NCBI RefSeq assembly: GCF_902713615.1
Contig: NC_052161.1
Coordinates: 136,509,792 to 136,573,791, forward strand
Length of the DNA stretch: 64,000 bases
Direction: 5' to 3'
Source: Scyliorhinus canicula
Lineage: Eukaryota
A model generated the notes under the pieces. The model searched no databases, had not been told where the DNA came from, and was given only the letters and a program-made list of their open reading frames with translations. This document shows, in pieces, positions 12,591 to 25,552 of this stretch; position 1 is the first letter of the stretch, and every line of letters starts with the position of its first letter. A program made the translations under genes and the position numbers.

Positions 12591-13560
12591 CCCGCCAGCG
12601 TGATGTCATGAAATAAGTTTCAAAAAGTTTGACGGAAAATCCCGGCAGCGGAGCAGAGGGGCGGCAAACGGATTTTCTCGCCTGAATTGAAATGTAGTGA
12701 AAAGAAGAGAAGGGGGGGGGGGGGTTGTTGGGGGTATAGGGTGGATACGTGGGTTTGAGTAGGGTGATCATGGCTCGGCACAACATCGAGGGCCGAAGGG
12801 CCTGTTCTGTGCTGTACTGTCCTATGTTCTATTATGCCAATGCAAAGAGAATTTCAAAGTTTCTGGGACTTGCGTGGGTAAACTAGGGTGAAAGCCCAGT
12901 GCTGAGGGAGTGCGGCATTGTCAGAGGCACTGTGTTTGGAATAGGGACAACCTCCCTGTCCAGCGATGCAAATGTATCGTCAGGCATTCCATGAGCATCT
13001 GAAGGAGTGTCCTGGCCAACATTCCTTCCTCGACCTCAGTGTTGTTGGGATGGGAAAATGCTGGAAAATCTCAGCAAGTCTGGCAGCATCTGTAGGGAGA
13101 GAAAAGAGCTAGCGTTTTGAGTCCGATGACTCTTTGCTTTTCTTCAGTGTTTTTGGTTTGGTTGGATTGGATTTGTTTACTGTCAAATGTACCGAGGTAC
13201 AGTGAAAAGTATTGATCTGTCTGGACTGTACGCAGAACCTCGGTACAGGTGACAATAAACAAATCCAATCTGATCCAACCAACAACACTGAGAACAGAAT
13301 TACCACGCCATTGCTTTCTGTACGGAATTTCATGTCTATGACATTTGTTAAACTCAACAACAATCAGCAATTTGAAGTAATTAATTGTCCGTGAAGTGCT
13401 TGAAAATGCGATAATGAACATTATAAGTGTAATTCTGTCAGGATGAAAAAGTGTTTGCGTTGGATTCGACCCACATTTGCATTTAATAGAGACCAAAGTC
13501 CAAAAATAGTCAGATTTTATCAGATCACAAAAGGTCACCCCACATCAGCTGCTCAAAAAC

Positions 13561-13807
13561 TTTTCAATAGGACGGGTTTGAACCGAGCGGCTGAAGGAAA
13601 ACTGTGTTTATTGTGAAGCTGTTATATTTACAATGTACACCAGCTCCCGGGTCGGCTGTGCAGGCTGCCTACTTGGCTGATTTTATACAGATCTCAATCA
13701 GGAATGTTCCCGGGCTCCCCACCTCCTCAGCGGGGGAGTCCATACTCGGTGAGACTCACTGGGAGACTGATTGTTTCAATCCCATAGGTCTCCCGTGGGT
13801 TATAACA
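13561..13807 (-). mobile_element. Gypsy solo LTR (same family)
   Basis: The minus strand begins TGTTATAACCCACGGGAGACCTATGGG, similar to the LTRs at 29263 and 2367. No TSD was seen. Confidence 0.7.
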
Positions 13808-13809
13808 TC

Positions 13810-14052
13810 GCTAACAAAAACCCCGCCCATAACCAACCCACCCCCAAAAACTTCAGCCCCATAACCAACCCCCCCCCCCCCGTAACTAACCCCTCGTCAC
13901 CAACAAACCCCCCCAAACCACACCCCCTGGTAACCAACCCCTCCCCTAACCAATCCATCCGAACCACCCCCCCTAAACTAACCTCGCCGTCACCAAACCC
14001 CTCCCCAACCAACTGCTCTGGAACCAACCCCCCCCCCCCCCCCGTAACCTCC
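13810..14052 (+). repeat. Degenerate C/A-rich tandem repeat (taaccaaccc-type units)
   Basis: Direct reading of the sequence. Confidence 0.7.
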
Positions 14053-15049
14053 TATTTTCTACAGTTCTGCCCCCTGCCAACATTGAAGTGAAGCCCCGTC
14101 TTCCTCACAGATGAGCACAAGCAGTCACATGGCACCATTTCAAGGGAGATCAATGTCATTCTGTCCAGTCCTCTGGGACAATAATTATCCCCAACTAAAA
14201 TCACTAATTAGACAGATTATCTGGATTTTATCACATTGCTGTTTGCCGGAGCGTGCTTTACATAAACTGGCTGACAACAGTGTCCACATTTCAAAAACGC
14301 TTGACTGCCAGTCGAGAGCTTCGGGATGCCGAGGTCATGTTAGGCGCTATAGTAATGCACATTCCTGTTGTTTCCCGGTTCGAGACTCCACTGTCGCATG
14401 ATGTCAATGAGTATTAAGTTGTTGCAATTAGTGTACTCCCTGTACTGACCATGGAGACCATTGGCAGTGCTGCTGAAGCACTGATATCTTTAAACAATAG
14501 GGAACATCTTGATAGGCTCAAAGTATCCTTTGAGCATTTGGATAGTAACACACGAGGTTCGTGCATGGATTTCCAGCAGCGAGCAGAATGGGGAGACATT
14601 TAACGAGGACCATTCCCACCCAACAGCAGCGTTTGATGCATTCAGTCCTTTAATAACTTTACTTCCATCCTTTGCCATTTATTATTGAACGCAGCTCTAA
14701 CAGATTCAATGCCGGGGAGCAGGTCAGAGTAATAGGAAGACTACATGAGAGATTTTACCAGCCATTTGTCAAGGAGGGCAGCCGAGAAGAAAGATAATCA
14801 TTTCCAAGTGACGCTGTTAAGTGGCTGGAAAATAGTGCCCCCCTTTTTATATTCATCAGACCCTCCCTAAAGTCCGTACTGAACTGTACCTGCATTCAGG
14901 AGCTAGTTGCTTGATTTACAACTTAAGAGGGAAGGATTTGTTTAGTGTTGGAGTCTCTGAGGCCGGGATCAAATGGGGGTCCCAACCCTGCGTTGTGTCA
15001 GAAACAGTTATGTGATACGATTTTCCAAAGAATGGCCGACCGTCGGTCA

Positions 15050-15885
15050 ATAATAATAATCTTTATTATTGTCACAAGTAGGCTTACATTAAGTACTGTG
15101 AAAGTCCCCTCGTCACCACATTCCGGCGCCTGTTCGGCATCAAATTCACCTAACAGCACGTCTTTCGGGACTGTGGGAGGAAACCGGAGCACCCGGAGGA
15201 AACCCACGCAGACACGGGGAAAACGTGCAGACTCCACACAGTCAGTGACCCAAGTGGGAATCGAACCTGGGACTCTGTGGGCGGGATTCTCCGTTGGCAC
15301 CGGTGTGGTTGGTGTGACGCCAGTCGCGGGCCGCTCCAGGCGGCCGGCCCACCGATTCCCCGGCCCGGATGGGCCGAGCGGCCGTATGAAAAGAGCTGAG
15401 GCCTGCCGCCGCCGTTCTAACCTGCTCTGGGCCAGCGGGACCTCGGAGTGCAAGGGTCGGGTGGCGGCCTTTGGAGGGGGGGGGGGTTCTAACCCTGGAG
15501 GGGAGCCTCCGATGTGGCCTGGCCCGCGATCAGGGCCCACCGATTGGCGGGCCGGCCACTTTGGCTGGGGGCTCCTTTCCTACGCGCCGGCCCCTGTAGT
15601 CCTGCGCCATGTTGCGTTGGGGCCGGCACGTTGAAGGAGGCCACTGCGCATGTGCATGTTGGCGCCGGCGCCACTGCACATGCGTGGATCCCGCGGCGCA
15701 CAGTTCGCGCCGGGATCTGCAGCGAACCATTCCAGTGCCGTGCTGGCCCCCTGGAGGCGCCAGAATTAGTCGTGGTAGCAGCTCGTTCACGCCGTCGTAA
15801 AACGCGACAGTGTGGACACTCTGCGGAGAATCCCGCCCAGTAGCTGTGAAGCAATAGTGCTAACCGCTGCGCTACCGTGCCACCC
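15050..15885 (-). mobile_element. V-SINE interrupted by a MITE
   Basis: The SINE halves flank 15279-15838. Confidence 0.85.
15279..15838. mobile_element. GC-rich MITE (PIF/Harbinger-like)
   Basis: TIR gggcgggattctccg / cggagaatcccgccc. Confidence 0.8.
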
Positions 15886-16596
15886 TCTACACAGAGTTTC
15901 AATAAGTGCTTCTGTCTATGTGCTCAGGTGAAACCACAGTTAATGCCCACCACTTGCATATAAGTAATGTGTCCAGAGGGCGGGCTCGCCGGGAGGCTGT
16001 TGTGGGGGAGGGAGTGGATTGGGGCCGGGGGGGGGGGGGGGGGGGGGAGGGCCCTTCCTGGTGACTGGAATATTCCAATTGGCCTGGGTGAATTGGCTTA
16101 ACTGACCATCTGCCGATCGGAGTTGGTCAGCTGTCCTCTCCCCAACTTGGGCTATGAGTAAACGACGCAGACGTGGGACTGTGCTGGCAAACCAGCAGGC
16201 CGATTGCAGCAGGAAAGGCCTGGCTACCCCGAAGCAGTTTAAAACCTCTTCCCAGGAGTTCATACCGGTGCTTCTGTCTGTTCATGCAGGGTGAGCATGG
16301 AGTTTGAGAGTTCTGCATCTTTTAATTTTCTAATATTTTTGACAAACGTACTGGATTGTAACAGTGGTGTTAATTGGGTATTAACCAAGACTTCTCCTGT
16401 GCTCAATGGGATGTGGGCAAGTTCACCATTTGTTACCCCATCCCGAATTGCACCCGAGTAGCTTTCTCGGCCATTTCAGAGTCAACCACACTGCCCTGGG
16501 TCTGGAGTCACGTGTTGGCCCAGACTGGGTAAGGACGGCAGATTTCCTTCCCCAAAGGACTTTAGTGAACCAGATGGATTTTTATGAGAATCTCTG

Positions 16597-16870
16597 TGTT
16601 ATAACCTGCCTGCTTACCATTGGCTGGAGATTAATGACAATCCCACAATCCTTTGGGAGTATGAGCTTCCCCAATGAGGGGGGGGGGGGCGGGGGAGAGA
16701 GAAATCATTAGCAGACTCGCTGCATAAATAAAGCTGGCCAGTTTGGAACCAGCAGAGAGGAGTGAGCAGCAAGGGAAGTTGCTGCTGTTGTATATATATG
16801 TTATTGCAAATAAATGTTATTTCTTTGTATCCTGAAAACTCGTGCTGGATTCTTCGTGGCCCTCACAAAA
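16597..16870 (+). mobile_element. Gypsy solo LTR inserted in a SINE
   Basis: TGTTATAACC start shared with the other LTRs, internal AATAAA, and a 5-bp TSD ctctg (16592-16596 / 16871-16875). Confidence 0.85.
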
Positions 16871-17079
16871 CTCTGATAGTTTCATGGCCACCATTACCGA
16901 GGCAAGCTTTCAATTGCAGATTTTATGAATTTGAATTTAAATTATTTAGCTGCCAAGGTGAGTTTTGAACCCGTTTCCTCAGAGTATTAGCCCGGGCCTC
17001 TGGATTATACAACGCAGTGACATCACCATTACATCACCATCCTCCCCCCACACCCCCTCGCCAAAATGGGAGTGCACAT

Positions 17080-17356
17080 GTAGCTACGAAGAGAGATTGG
17101 ATAGGTCGGGGTTATTTTCCTTGAACAAAGAAAGCTGAAGGGCGACTTAATTATGAGGGCAAGAGATAGAATGGACAGGATAAAGTAGTTTCCTTTGGTG
17201 GAGAATTCTAGAATCAGGGTTCATAGATTCAAGATAAGAGGCGGAAGGGGTAGAGGGGACATGAGGAAGGACCTTTTTAGGCAGAGGGGTGTGAGAGTTT
17301 GCCCGAGTTGGTGGTGGAGGCAGAGACCCTAAACTCTTTAAAAAGTACCTGGATCT
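17080..17356 (+). mobile_element. CR1/HER1 LINE 3' end (continues at 22854-22945 after the L1 insertion)
   Basis: SYEERLDR.GLFSLEQRKLKGDL relic, plus the typical tail gatgggctgaatgg.ctccttctgtgctgta. Confidence 0.8.
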
Positions 17357-17510
17357 TGAGACTTCCGGTGGCGGCGATGACGTAGGAAGCTGCACATTTG
17401 GGAGCTCCCGATTCAAACCGACTTTACGGCTCTTATCAGAGCCCAAAACGGAATTTTTTTCGACGTCTCCCGGTGGGAGAAGGTGTGCTGGTCGACTTTC
17501 TCCGCATTTC

Positions 17511-18354
17511 ATGACTCAAACTCGGAGTGGGAGGGGGGAAAAAACGGCAGCAGCTCCCAGAAAAAACGGGGGAAGGATTCCAAGATGGCGGCCGGCGGAG
17601 CACCAGAGGTGTGGAGGCTGTGGGCCCAGGAGCAGCAAGCTGCTCTCCTGCGCTGTTTTGCAGATTTCAAGGCTGAGGTGCTGAGCTCTCTGCAGGAAAC
17701 GAACAGAAGGCTGTCGGAGATTCAGACGACCCAGGGTGCTGACATCCAGGCGTTGCAGGCACAGGCCACTGAACGAGAGGAGGAGGCCGTGGTCCTCGTG
17801 AGTAATGTGGAGGGGCACGAGGCACTCCATAAGAAGTGGGAAGACCGCTTCGAGGAGCTTGATCACCGCATGAGGCGGAAGAATCTGAGGATCTTGGGCC
17901 TTGCGGAGGGGCTGGAGGGGTCGGATCTGACAACCTACGTGGCCACGATGCTGAACTCGCTAGTGGGGGCCGGGTCTTTCTATCTGCCCCTGGAGCTGGA
18001 GGGAGCACACAGGGTGCTGGCCAGGAGGCCTAAGGAGAACGAACCCCCGCGTGCGGTGCTGGTGAGGTTCCACCGGTTCAGTGATCGGGAGTGCGTGCTG
18101 TGCTGGGCCAAGAAGGTGAAGAACAGCTTTTGGGAGAATGGGGTAGTACGGATCTACCAGGATTGGAGTGCGGAGGTGGCTAAGCGGCGGTCCGGGTTTA
18201 ATCGGACGAAGGAGGTGCTCTATAAGAAGTAGATAAAGTTTGGAATGTTGCAGCCTGCGCGCCTGTGGGTAACTTATTTGGATTGGCATTATTATTTTGA
18301 TTCCCCGGAGGAGGCGTGGGCCTCCGTGCGGACGGAGAAACTGGATTCGAACTA
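17511..18354 (+). pseudogene. L1 ORF1p (coiled coil plus RRM/CTD), disrupted
   Basis: Motifs RRKNLRILGLAEGLEG, AHRV, PRAVLVRF and RIYQD, then IKFGMLQPARL after a premature TAG at 18230-18232. Confidence 0.9.
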
Positions 18355-18983
18355 GGGGTTGGGAGTTGCGGGGTCGGTTGTAATGCTTTATTGCTGGTTT
18401 TTGCTGTTGCTGCGTTTTCTTTTTCTGTACTTTTGTAATTTTGATATGGTTATTTATTGGGATGTTCTGTTTTTTTGTTGGGGGGGGCATTGTTTGAGTT
18501 TTGTATCTTGCGGGGGGGGGGGGGGTTTGTTGTATTCTATGTCGGGTTGGGGGTATGGAGTGGGGCTGGTATTTGGGAGCTGCGTCAGAAGGGTGTGGTG
18601 GGGCAGTGCGAAAGCGCGGGCTTTCCTCTGGTTTCCCGCGCTGCAGGGCTGGGGGGGGGTGGAGATGATGACGGGAGCGGTGCCTGGAGGAGGGACAGGA
18701 TGGGGGATGATCCCACTTTGGGAAGGGTTGGGTTTTTGGCGGGAGTTGCCGGGGTCAGCAGAAGTTAGCTGACCCACGGAAGTACAATGGAGGACGGTTC
18801 GCGGCTAGGAGGGTTCCTAGCCTGGGGGGTGGGGGAGGGGGGGTGGAAAGGGGAATACCGGGTTGCTGCTGGCAGGGTCAGGAAGGAGCTGGTGGGGGCT
18901 GGGGGGACAGAGGTGAGGTGTTGTCGCTGTGGGGACTGGGTCGGGCGGGGGGGTGCTGGCCTGGGGCGGGCAGTCAACGGGCT

Positions 18984-21900
18984 ATGGCTAGTCGGTAGGG
19001 TTGGGGGGGGGGGGGCCTCTGATCCGGTTGGTCACCTGGAATGCGAGAGGATTGAATGGGCCGGTGAAGCGGTCGAGGGTACTTGCTCATCTGAGGGGGC
19101 TCAAGGCAGATGTGGCAATGCTTCAGGAAACCCACCTGAAGGTGGCGGACCAGGTCCGTCTGAGGAAGGGGTGGGTGGGGCAGGTTTTCCACTCTGGGTT
19201 GGATGTGAAGAACCGGGGAGTGGAGATTCTGGTGGGGAAAAGTGTGTCGTTTGAGGCATCGGAGGTGGTGACGGATAAGGGGGGTAGGTATGTTATGGTT
19301 AGGGGCAGGCTACAAGGAGAGACGGTGGTACTTGCTAGTGTGTATGCCCCAAATTGGGACGATGCGGGCTTTATGAGGCGTAATTTGGGACGGATCCCGG
19401 ATCTGGAGGCGGGAGGTCTGATCATAGGGGAGGGGGGGGGACTTCAATACGGTGTTGGATCCTTCACTGGATCGGTCCAGTTCAAGGACGGGTAGGAGGC
19501 CGGCGGCGGCCAAGGTCTGAGGGGGTTTATGGACCAGATGGGAGGGGTGGACCCATGGAGGTTTGTGAGGCCGAGGGCACGCGAGTACTCTTTCTTCTCT
19601 CATGTACATAGGGTTTATTCTCGGATAGACCTCTTCGTGGTGAGTAGGGGACTGAGTCCGAGAGTGGAGGAGGCCGAATATTCGGCCATTGCAATCTCTG
19701 ACCATGCTCCGCATTAGATGGAGTTGACGATGGGGGAGGTGCGGGACCAACGTCCGTTGTGGCGGTTGGATGTGGGGTTGTTGGTGGAGGAGGAGGTGTG
19801 TAGGAGGATCCGGGCAAGTATTATGGGGTACCTCGAGGTGAATGATACGGGGGACGTCCAGGTGAGGATGGTCTGGGAAGCCCTGAAGGCAGTAATTCGT
19901 GGGGAGCTGATATCCATCCGGGCACACAGGGAGAGGAGCGAGAGGAGTGAGAGGGATAGACTGGTGGAAAAGATGCTGGAGGTGGACAGGAGGTACGCGG
20001 AGGCACCAGAGGAGGGATTGTTGGGGGAGAGGCGCAGCCTACAGGCTAAATTTGATTTGCTGACCACTAGAAAGGCGGAGGCACAGTGGAGGAAGGCACA
20101 AGGGGCAGTGTACGAACATGGTGAAAAGTCGAGTAGGATGCTGGCTCATCAGCTCCGCAAGCGGAATGCAGCTAGGGAAATTGCTGGAGTGAGAGATAAT
20201 AGTGGGAATGTGGTGCGGAAGGGGGTAGAGGTGAATGAGGTCTTCAAGGGCTTTTACGGGGAACTGTACCGGTCGGAGCCAACGGGGGAGAGGGGGGGAA
20301 TGGAGAGGTTTCTCGACGGGCTATCTTTCCCGAAGGTGCAGGAGGAGCAGGTGGAGGGGTTGGGGGCGCCGATTGAGCTGGGGGAGCTGGTTAAGGGGAT
20401 CAGGCAGATGCAGTCAGGGAAGGCGCCGGGGCCGGATGGGTTCCCGCTGGAATTTTATAAAAAGTTTGTGGACCTAGTGGGCCCCCTGCTGGTGCGGACA
20501 CTTAATGAGGCGTGGGAAGGGGGGGACTTTGCCCCCGACGATGTCGCGGGCGCTGATTTCTTTAATATTAAAGAGGGACAAGGACCCCCAGCAGTGTGGT
20601 TCATACAGGCCCATATCTCTCCTCAACGTGGATGCCAAGGTGCTGGCAAAAATCCTGGATAGAGGACTGTGTGCCAGGGGTTGTACACGAGGACCAGACA
20701 GGTTTTGTTAAGGGAAGGCAGCTGAACACGAATGTGCGGAGGTTGCTGAATATCGTCATGATGCCGGCGATTGAGGGGGAGGCTGAGATAGTGGTGGCGC
20801 TGGATGCGGAGAAGGCCTTTGATAGAGTGGAGTGGGGTACCTATGGGAGGTGTTGGGGAGGTTTGGATTTGGTGAAGGGTTTATTAGATTGGTGAGGCAG
20901 CTATATGAGGCACCGATGGCGTGTGTGACCACGAATGGGAGGAGGTCGGAGTACTTCCGGCTTTACCGAGGGACCAGGCAGGGTTGCCCCCTGTCCCCCT
21001 TGTTGTTTGCACTGGCAATCGAGCCGCTGGCGATGGCGTTGAGGGAGTCAGGGAGGTGGAGTGGCTTGGTGCGGGGTGGGGAGGAACATAGGGTGTCGTT
21101 GTATGCCGGTGACCTGCTACTGTATGTGGCGGACCCGGTGGGAGGGATGCCGGGGGTGATGGAGCTGCTAGCTGAGTTTGGGACCTTTTCAGGCTATAAA
21201 CTAAATCTAGGCAAGAGTGAGGTGTTTGTGGTCCACCCTGGGAACCAGGAGGAGGGAATTGGTAGGCTCCCGCTTAGGAGGGCAGGGGACAGTTTTAGGT
21301 ACCTGGGGGTGCAGGTGGCCAGGGACTGGGGGACTCTTCACAAGCATAATTTCACCAGGCTTGTGGATCAGATGGAGGAGGAGTTCAAGAGGTGGGACAT
21401 GCTGCCATTGTCGTTGGCGGGGAGGGTGCAGTCCGTCAAAATGACGGTGCTTCCGAGGTTCTTGTTCCTCTTTCAGTGCCTGCCCATCTTCATCCCCAGG
21501 GCCTTCTTTAGGAGGGTGACTAGCAGTATTTTGAGCTTTGTGTGGGCACATGGGACTCCGAGAGTGAAGAGGGTTTTCCTGGAGCGAGGGAGGGATAGAG
21601 GCGGGCTGGCGCTGCCCAACCTTTTGGGGTATTATTGGGTGGCCAATGTGCGTAAATGGGTGATAGGGGTGCGGCGTGGAAAAGAATGGAGATGGCGTCT
21701 TGTAGAGGTACGAGCCTGGGTGCCATGGTAATGGCGCCGTTGCCGCTCTCCCCTAAGAGGTCTACCACGAGCCCGGTGGTGGCGGCGACCCTGAGAATCT
21801 GGGGACAGTGGAGACGGCATAGGGGGGAAACAGGGGGCTCGATGGAGACTCCATTAGGTGGAAATCATCGGTTCATCCCGGGGAACACTGATGGGGGATT

Positions 21901-22740
21901 TAGGGGGTGGCATAGGGTGGGCATCAGTAAATTGAGGGACCTGTTTATTGGCGGGAGGTTTGCAGGCCTGGGGGAACTGGAAGATAAATTTGGCCTTCCC
22001 CAAGGGAACATGTTCAGATACCTGCAGGTAAAGGCGTTTGCTAGGCGACAGGTGGAGGAATTTCCTTTGCTGCCCTCGCGGGGGGCGATGGACAGAGTGC
22101 TTTCGGGGTGTGGGTCGGAGAGGGGAAGGTGTCTGACATCTATAAGGTAATGCAGGAGGTGGAGGAGTCGTCAGTGGAGGAGCTGAAGGCTAAATGGGAG
22201 GGGGAACTAGGGGAGCAGATAGAGGACGGGACTTGGGCGGATGCCTTGGAGAGAGTCAACTCTTCCTCTTCATGTCCAAGGCTTAGTCTCATCCAATTTA
22301 AGGTGCTGCACCGGGCCCACATGTCTGGGACTAGGATGAGTAGGTTCTTTGGGGGTGAGGACAGGTGCACCAGATGTTCGGGGAGTCCAGCGAACCATGC
22401 CCATATGTTCTGGGCATGTCCGGCACTGGAAGAATTCTGGAAGGGGGTGGCGGGGACGGTGTCGAGTGTGGTTGGATCCAGGGTCAAACCAGAGTGGGGA
22501 CTCGCGATTTTTGGAGTTGCGGCGGAGCCGGGAGTGCAGGAGGCGAAAGAGGCCGGTGTGTTCTGGGCTTTGCATCCCTAGTAGCCCGGCGGGGGATCTT
22601 GATGCAGTGGAAAGATGCAAGGCCCCCAAGTGTGGAGACCTGGATCAGTGACATGGCGGGATTTATAAAATTGGAGAGGATCAGTACAAGGGTTCTATAA
22701 ACGGTGGCAGCCTTTTCTGGACTTTCTGGCTCAAAGATAG
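18984..22740 (+). pseudogene. L1 ORF2p (APE endonuclease, RT, C-terminal CCHC), frameshifted
   Basis: Motifs VTWNARGLN, LQETH, SRID, SDH, GKAPGPDG, YRPISLLN, LDAEKAFD, GTRQGCPLSP and CxxC...HMFWAC. Catalytic YADD is mutated to YAGD (about 21102), and there are several frameshifts and stops. Confidence 0.92.
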
Positions 22741-22989
22741 GTATCTAGTTTATGACTGTTATCATTATTGTTAGTATTTTATTGCGGTTCGTTGTTATAT
22801 AAATACAAAATTTTTCAATGAAAATTATTTTTTAAAAAAAAGTACCTGGATCTGCACCTTAAGTACTGTGACCGGTGCCCTCAGGCTGGTATGGACAAGA
22901 TGGGCTGAATGGTCTCCTTCTGTGCTGTAACCTTTCTGATTCAATGATGTGTAAAGTGTGTCTCTGTAAACAAGTGTTTGTAATTGGAG

Positions 22990-25552
22990 GGGTCGATGGC
23001 TGTGAGACACCAGAAACAGATGGGAAACCTGTCTGGAGGATTACGAGGGCAATCACATAGTTGCTGCACCTGTGGTGGTAGGACACGCCCAAGGCAAGGC
23101 TGCCAAAATCGGCACAACGCACACCACCCAGGCTGGAAGACAAAGCCACCTCAGGCTTCACAAATCAACTGGCCCAAACGGGAAGGGTTAATACAATTGA
23201 ATTTCATCACTGCCCCCAATGTGGCCCCAATCCAGATCAAACTCCACCTGGACCTGGAAGTAGACACAGGAGCTGCTGTCTTTCAGACAACTCACAGTGG
23301 GCACTTTGCCCCTGAGCCTGAAGTATACCCAGACCAGGTTGACCACTACGCATCTTGGGAACCATGATGACACTGGTCACACGGGCAGTAGACGGTCCGA
23401 CTCGCATTAATAGTAGTATAAAGAGCAGGACATAGTCTGCTGGGAAGAGACTGGCTGCAACATATTTTTCAACTTATACAAAGCCGTAGGGAAGTATCCT
23501 GCGGTATTCCAGGAAGGCCTCAGAAAAATTAAAGGTGCTAGAGCGAACATTAATGTAGACCTGGAGACCCTACCCAAGTACTTCAGGGCAAGGCCACTCC
23601 CCGATGCCCTACTCACTATAGAAGAGATCGAATTGCAGCGACTGGAGAACCTGGGCATCATATAGTTGGTACAGTTCTTAAAATGGGCTACGCCAGTGGT
23701 GCCAGTATTGAAGCCTGACATGTCTTTGCGGTGACTATAAGAAGACCATCAACAAAGCCTCCCGCCGAGGCCGGCACGCCATACCATGCATTGAGGACCT
23801 ATGCGCAAAACTAGATATGAGCCACCCTTACCTCCAGCTGGAGCTTGATGTGGCATTTAGAAAATATGTAACTATTAATGCCCACAAGGGGGTTATACGA
23901 ATATACTTGTCTACCTTTCGTAATTTCAGCAACGTACGCTATTTTCCAAAGGGTGATGTAAAACATCCTTCAAGGATTGTCCAGCGTGGCTATATACCTG
24001 GATGGTGTATTAATCTCAGGAGCAACCAAGAAGGAACACCTGGAAAATTTGCAGGAAGTCTTATGCCAATTCTCCGACACAGGCGTCAGCTTTAAAAGAG
24101 AAAAATGCGTTTCAGGCAACCGAGGTATCGTATCTCGGGACAGTAGCGACACGGACGGCCTACGCACCAGAGAAGACAAGGTAAAGGCCATAAAAGGAAG
24201 TACGACATCAGGAAATACAGCGGAACGAAAGGTGTTCCTCAGCCTCATAAATTATTATAGAGATTTATACCTAAACTAGACGTCTTGCTGGCACCCTTGC
24301 ACACCTGGTTAAAACGGAATAAGAAGCGGTCATGGTGAACACCACAAGACAAAGCTTTTGAGAAGGTGAAGAAGAAACTATCATCTAATACAGGGTTTTT
24401 AAAAGTGTGGTTCGCAATCAACGAGCGGGTGATGGGAGGTTTGTGGAGCGATCACTTGCGCCGTACCCTCGGGGGTCCCAATCGTAGAAGACCCCAGTGG
24501 CCACTACCGGCTTTTACATGGAGAATGGCGGCCGCTGCCAACGTTTATATGAAAATAAATGGAGGTGGTGTAGAGCCCTCCGGCCAGAAGTGGCAGCAGA
24601 GAGCGGGTCATGTGTCCTGCACACACACTTGACGTCAAGCGCCCTCCAGGTACCTGCTTTTGGTGCCGAATCACAAAGCAGTGTTGCTTCCATTTTCCAG
24701 CTGCTGGCGGGCAAGGTAAGTGAACTGTGAAGATGAATGGTTTTCGTAAAAGTAAGAAATTGCCTGAGGCTCAAAATAGGCAGTTTACCTATTGGACAGG
24801 ATCTCACAACAGAATCTATTGGAGAGAGCTGCTCAGGAGAGTCCAGAGCAGGACAGAGCAGTGCTAGTCTTAGCTTTGAGAGCTCCAGGGCCTCTGGTGA
24901 AAGTCAACAAAGAAGAAACTTAACTCGGGCACAAAGCAGTACGAAGATGATTTCTTGAGGTCTGGTTTTGTCAATTGCGCCAATGCAAGTAAAGATGCAA
25001 AGCCCATGTGTGTTATATGCAGGGAAGTACTGGCAAATGAGAGGAGAGGTTTCAGATTTTGAAAGGGAAGAGGTGGATGAAAAATTCCTTTTGGGGGTGT
25101 TGAGATCCCAGGATCAGTTATTAACTTAGAGCGAAAGACTACACTGCTGTATCTGACCTGTAACACCACATTAAAAATGCACCAAAACCCATGAGGCTGT
25201 CAGCATTCTGGTATAGCATCTCCCAGGAGTACCCAGTGCTGAGTAAAACAAGCATTTTGTTTCTATTGCCCTTCACGACGACCTACCCGCGCGAATTTGG
25301 ATTTTCCTTTTTCATAAAAACCAAAATCGCAAAAGGAACCGGCTGAACTCTGCATGTGATATGTGCATTGGCCTCTCCTCCTTTCACCCTGACCATGAGG
25401 ACCAAGCAAGCTCCCCTTTCGCATTAAAGGTAAGGGAATGTGGCGTGCGTCGCAAGGGTGGGATGGCGTGGGTTTCGAACATCATCCAGTTGGCAAAGAT
25501 GGGTCCCAGGAGAATTAGTTTGAAAATCACTGATCAAACATATTAGCACACC
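22990..25552 (+). mobile_element. Degenerate Gypsy internal region (gag knuckle, protease, RT), interrupted by a hAT
   Basis: Motifs LEVDTGAAV, WATPVVPVLKPD, DY-K-TIN, HPYLQLELD, YVTINAHKG, VAIYLDGVLISG and HLENLQEVL. Pol resumes (LLAH) after the hAT. Confidence 0.85.
24391..25532 (+). mobile_element. Internally deleted hAT (Charlie/Buster, ZBED5-like) transposon
   Basis: TIRs cagggtttttaaaa / tttgaaaatcactg and a degenerate 8-bp TSD atctaata/atcaaaca. Transposase relics DDFLRSGF..KPMCVICREVLANE (about 24945-25040) and the hATC motif LSAFWYSISQEYPVLSKTSILFLLPFTTTY..E.GFS (about 25195-25290). Inserted in Gypsy pol. Confidence 0.88.

Larger units (their letters stand above)
17357..22836 (+). 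mobile_element. Full-length but inactivated L1-clade LINE
   Basis: 17-bp TSD aaaaagtacctggatct (17340-17356 / 22837-22853). Shows a 5' UTR, ORF1, a ~630-bp inter-ORF spacer, ORF2 and an A-rich tail. Inserted into a CR1 3' end. Confidence 0.95.

Noticed and set aside
14451-14603. Plus-strand peptide METIGSAAEALISLNNREHLDRLKVSF resembling an RRM helix2-beta4
   Set aside because: There is no RNP1 motif, no convincing acceptor and no partner exons, so it is likely chance.
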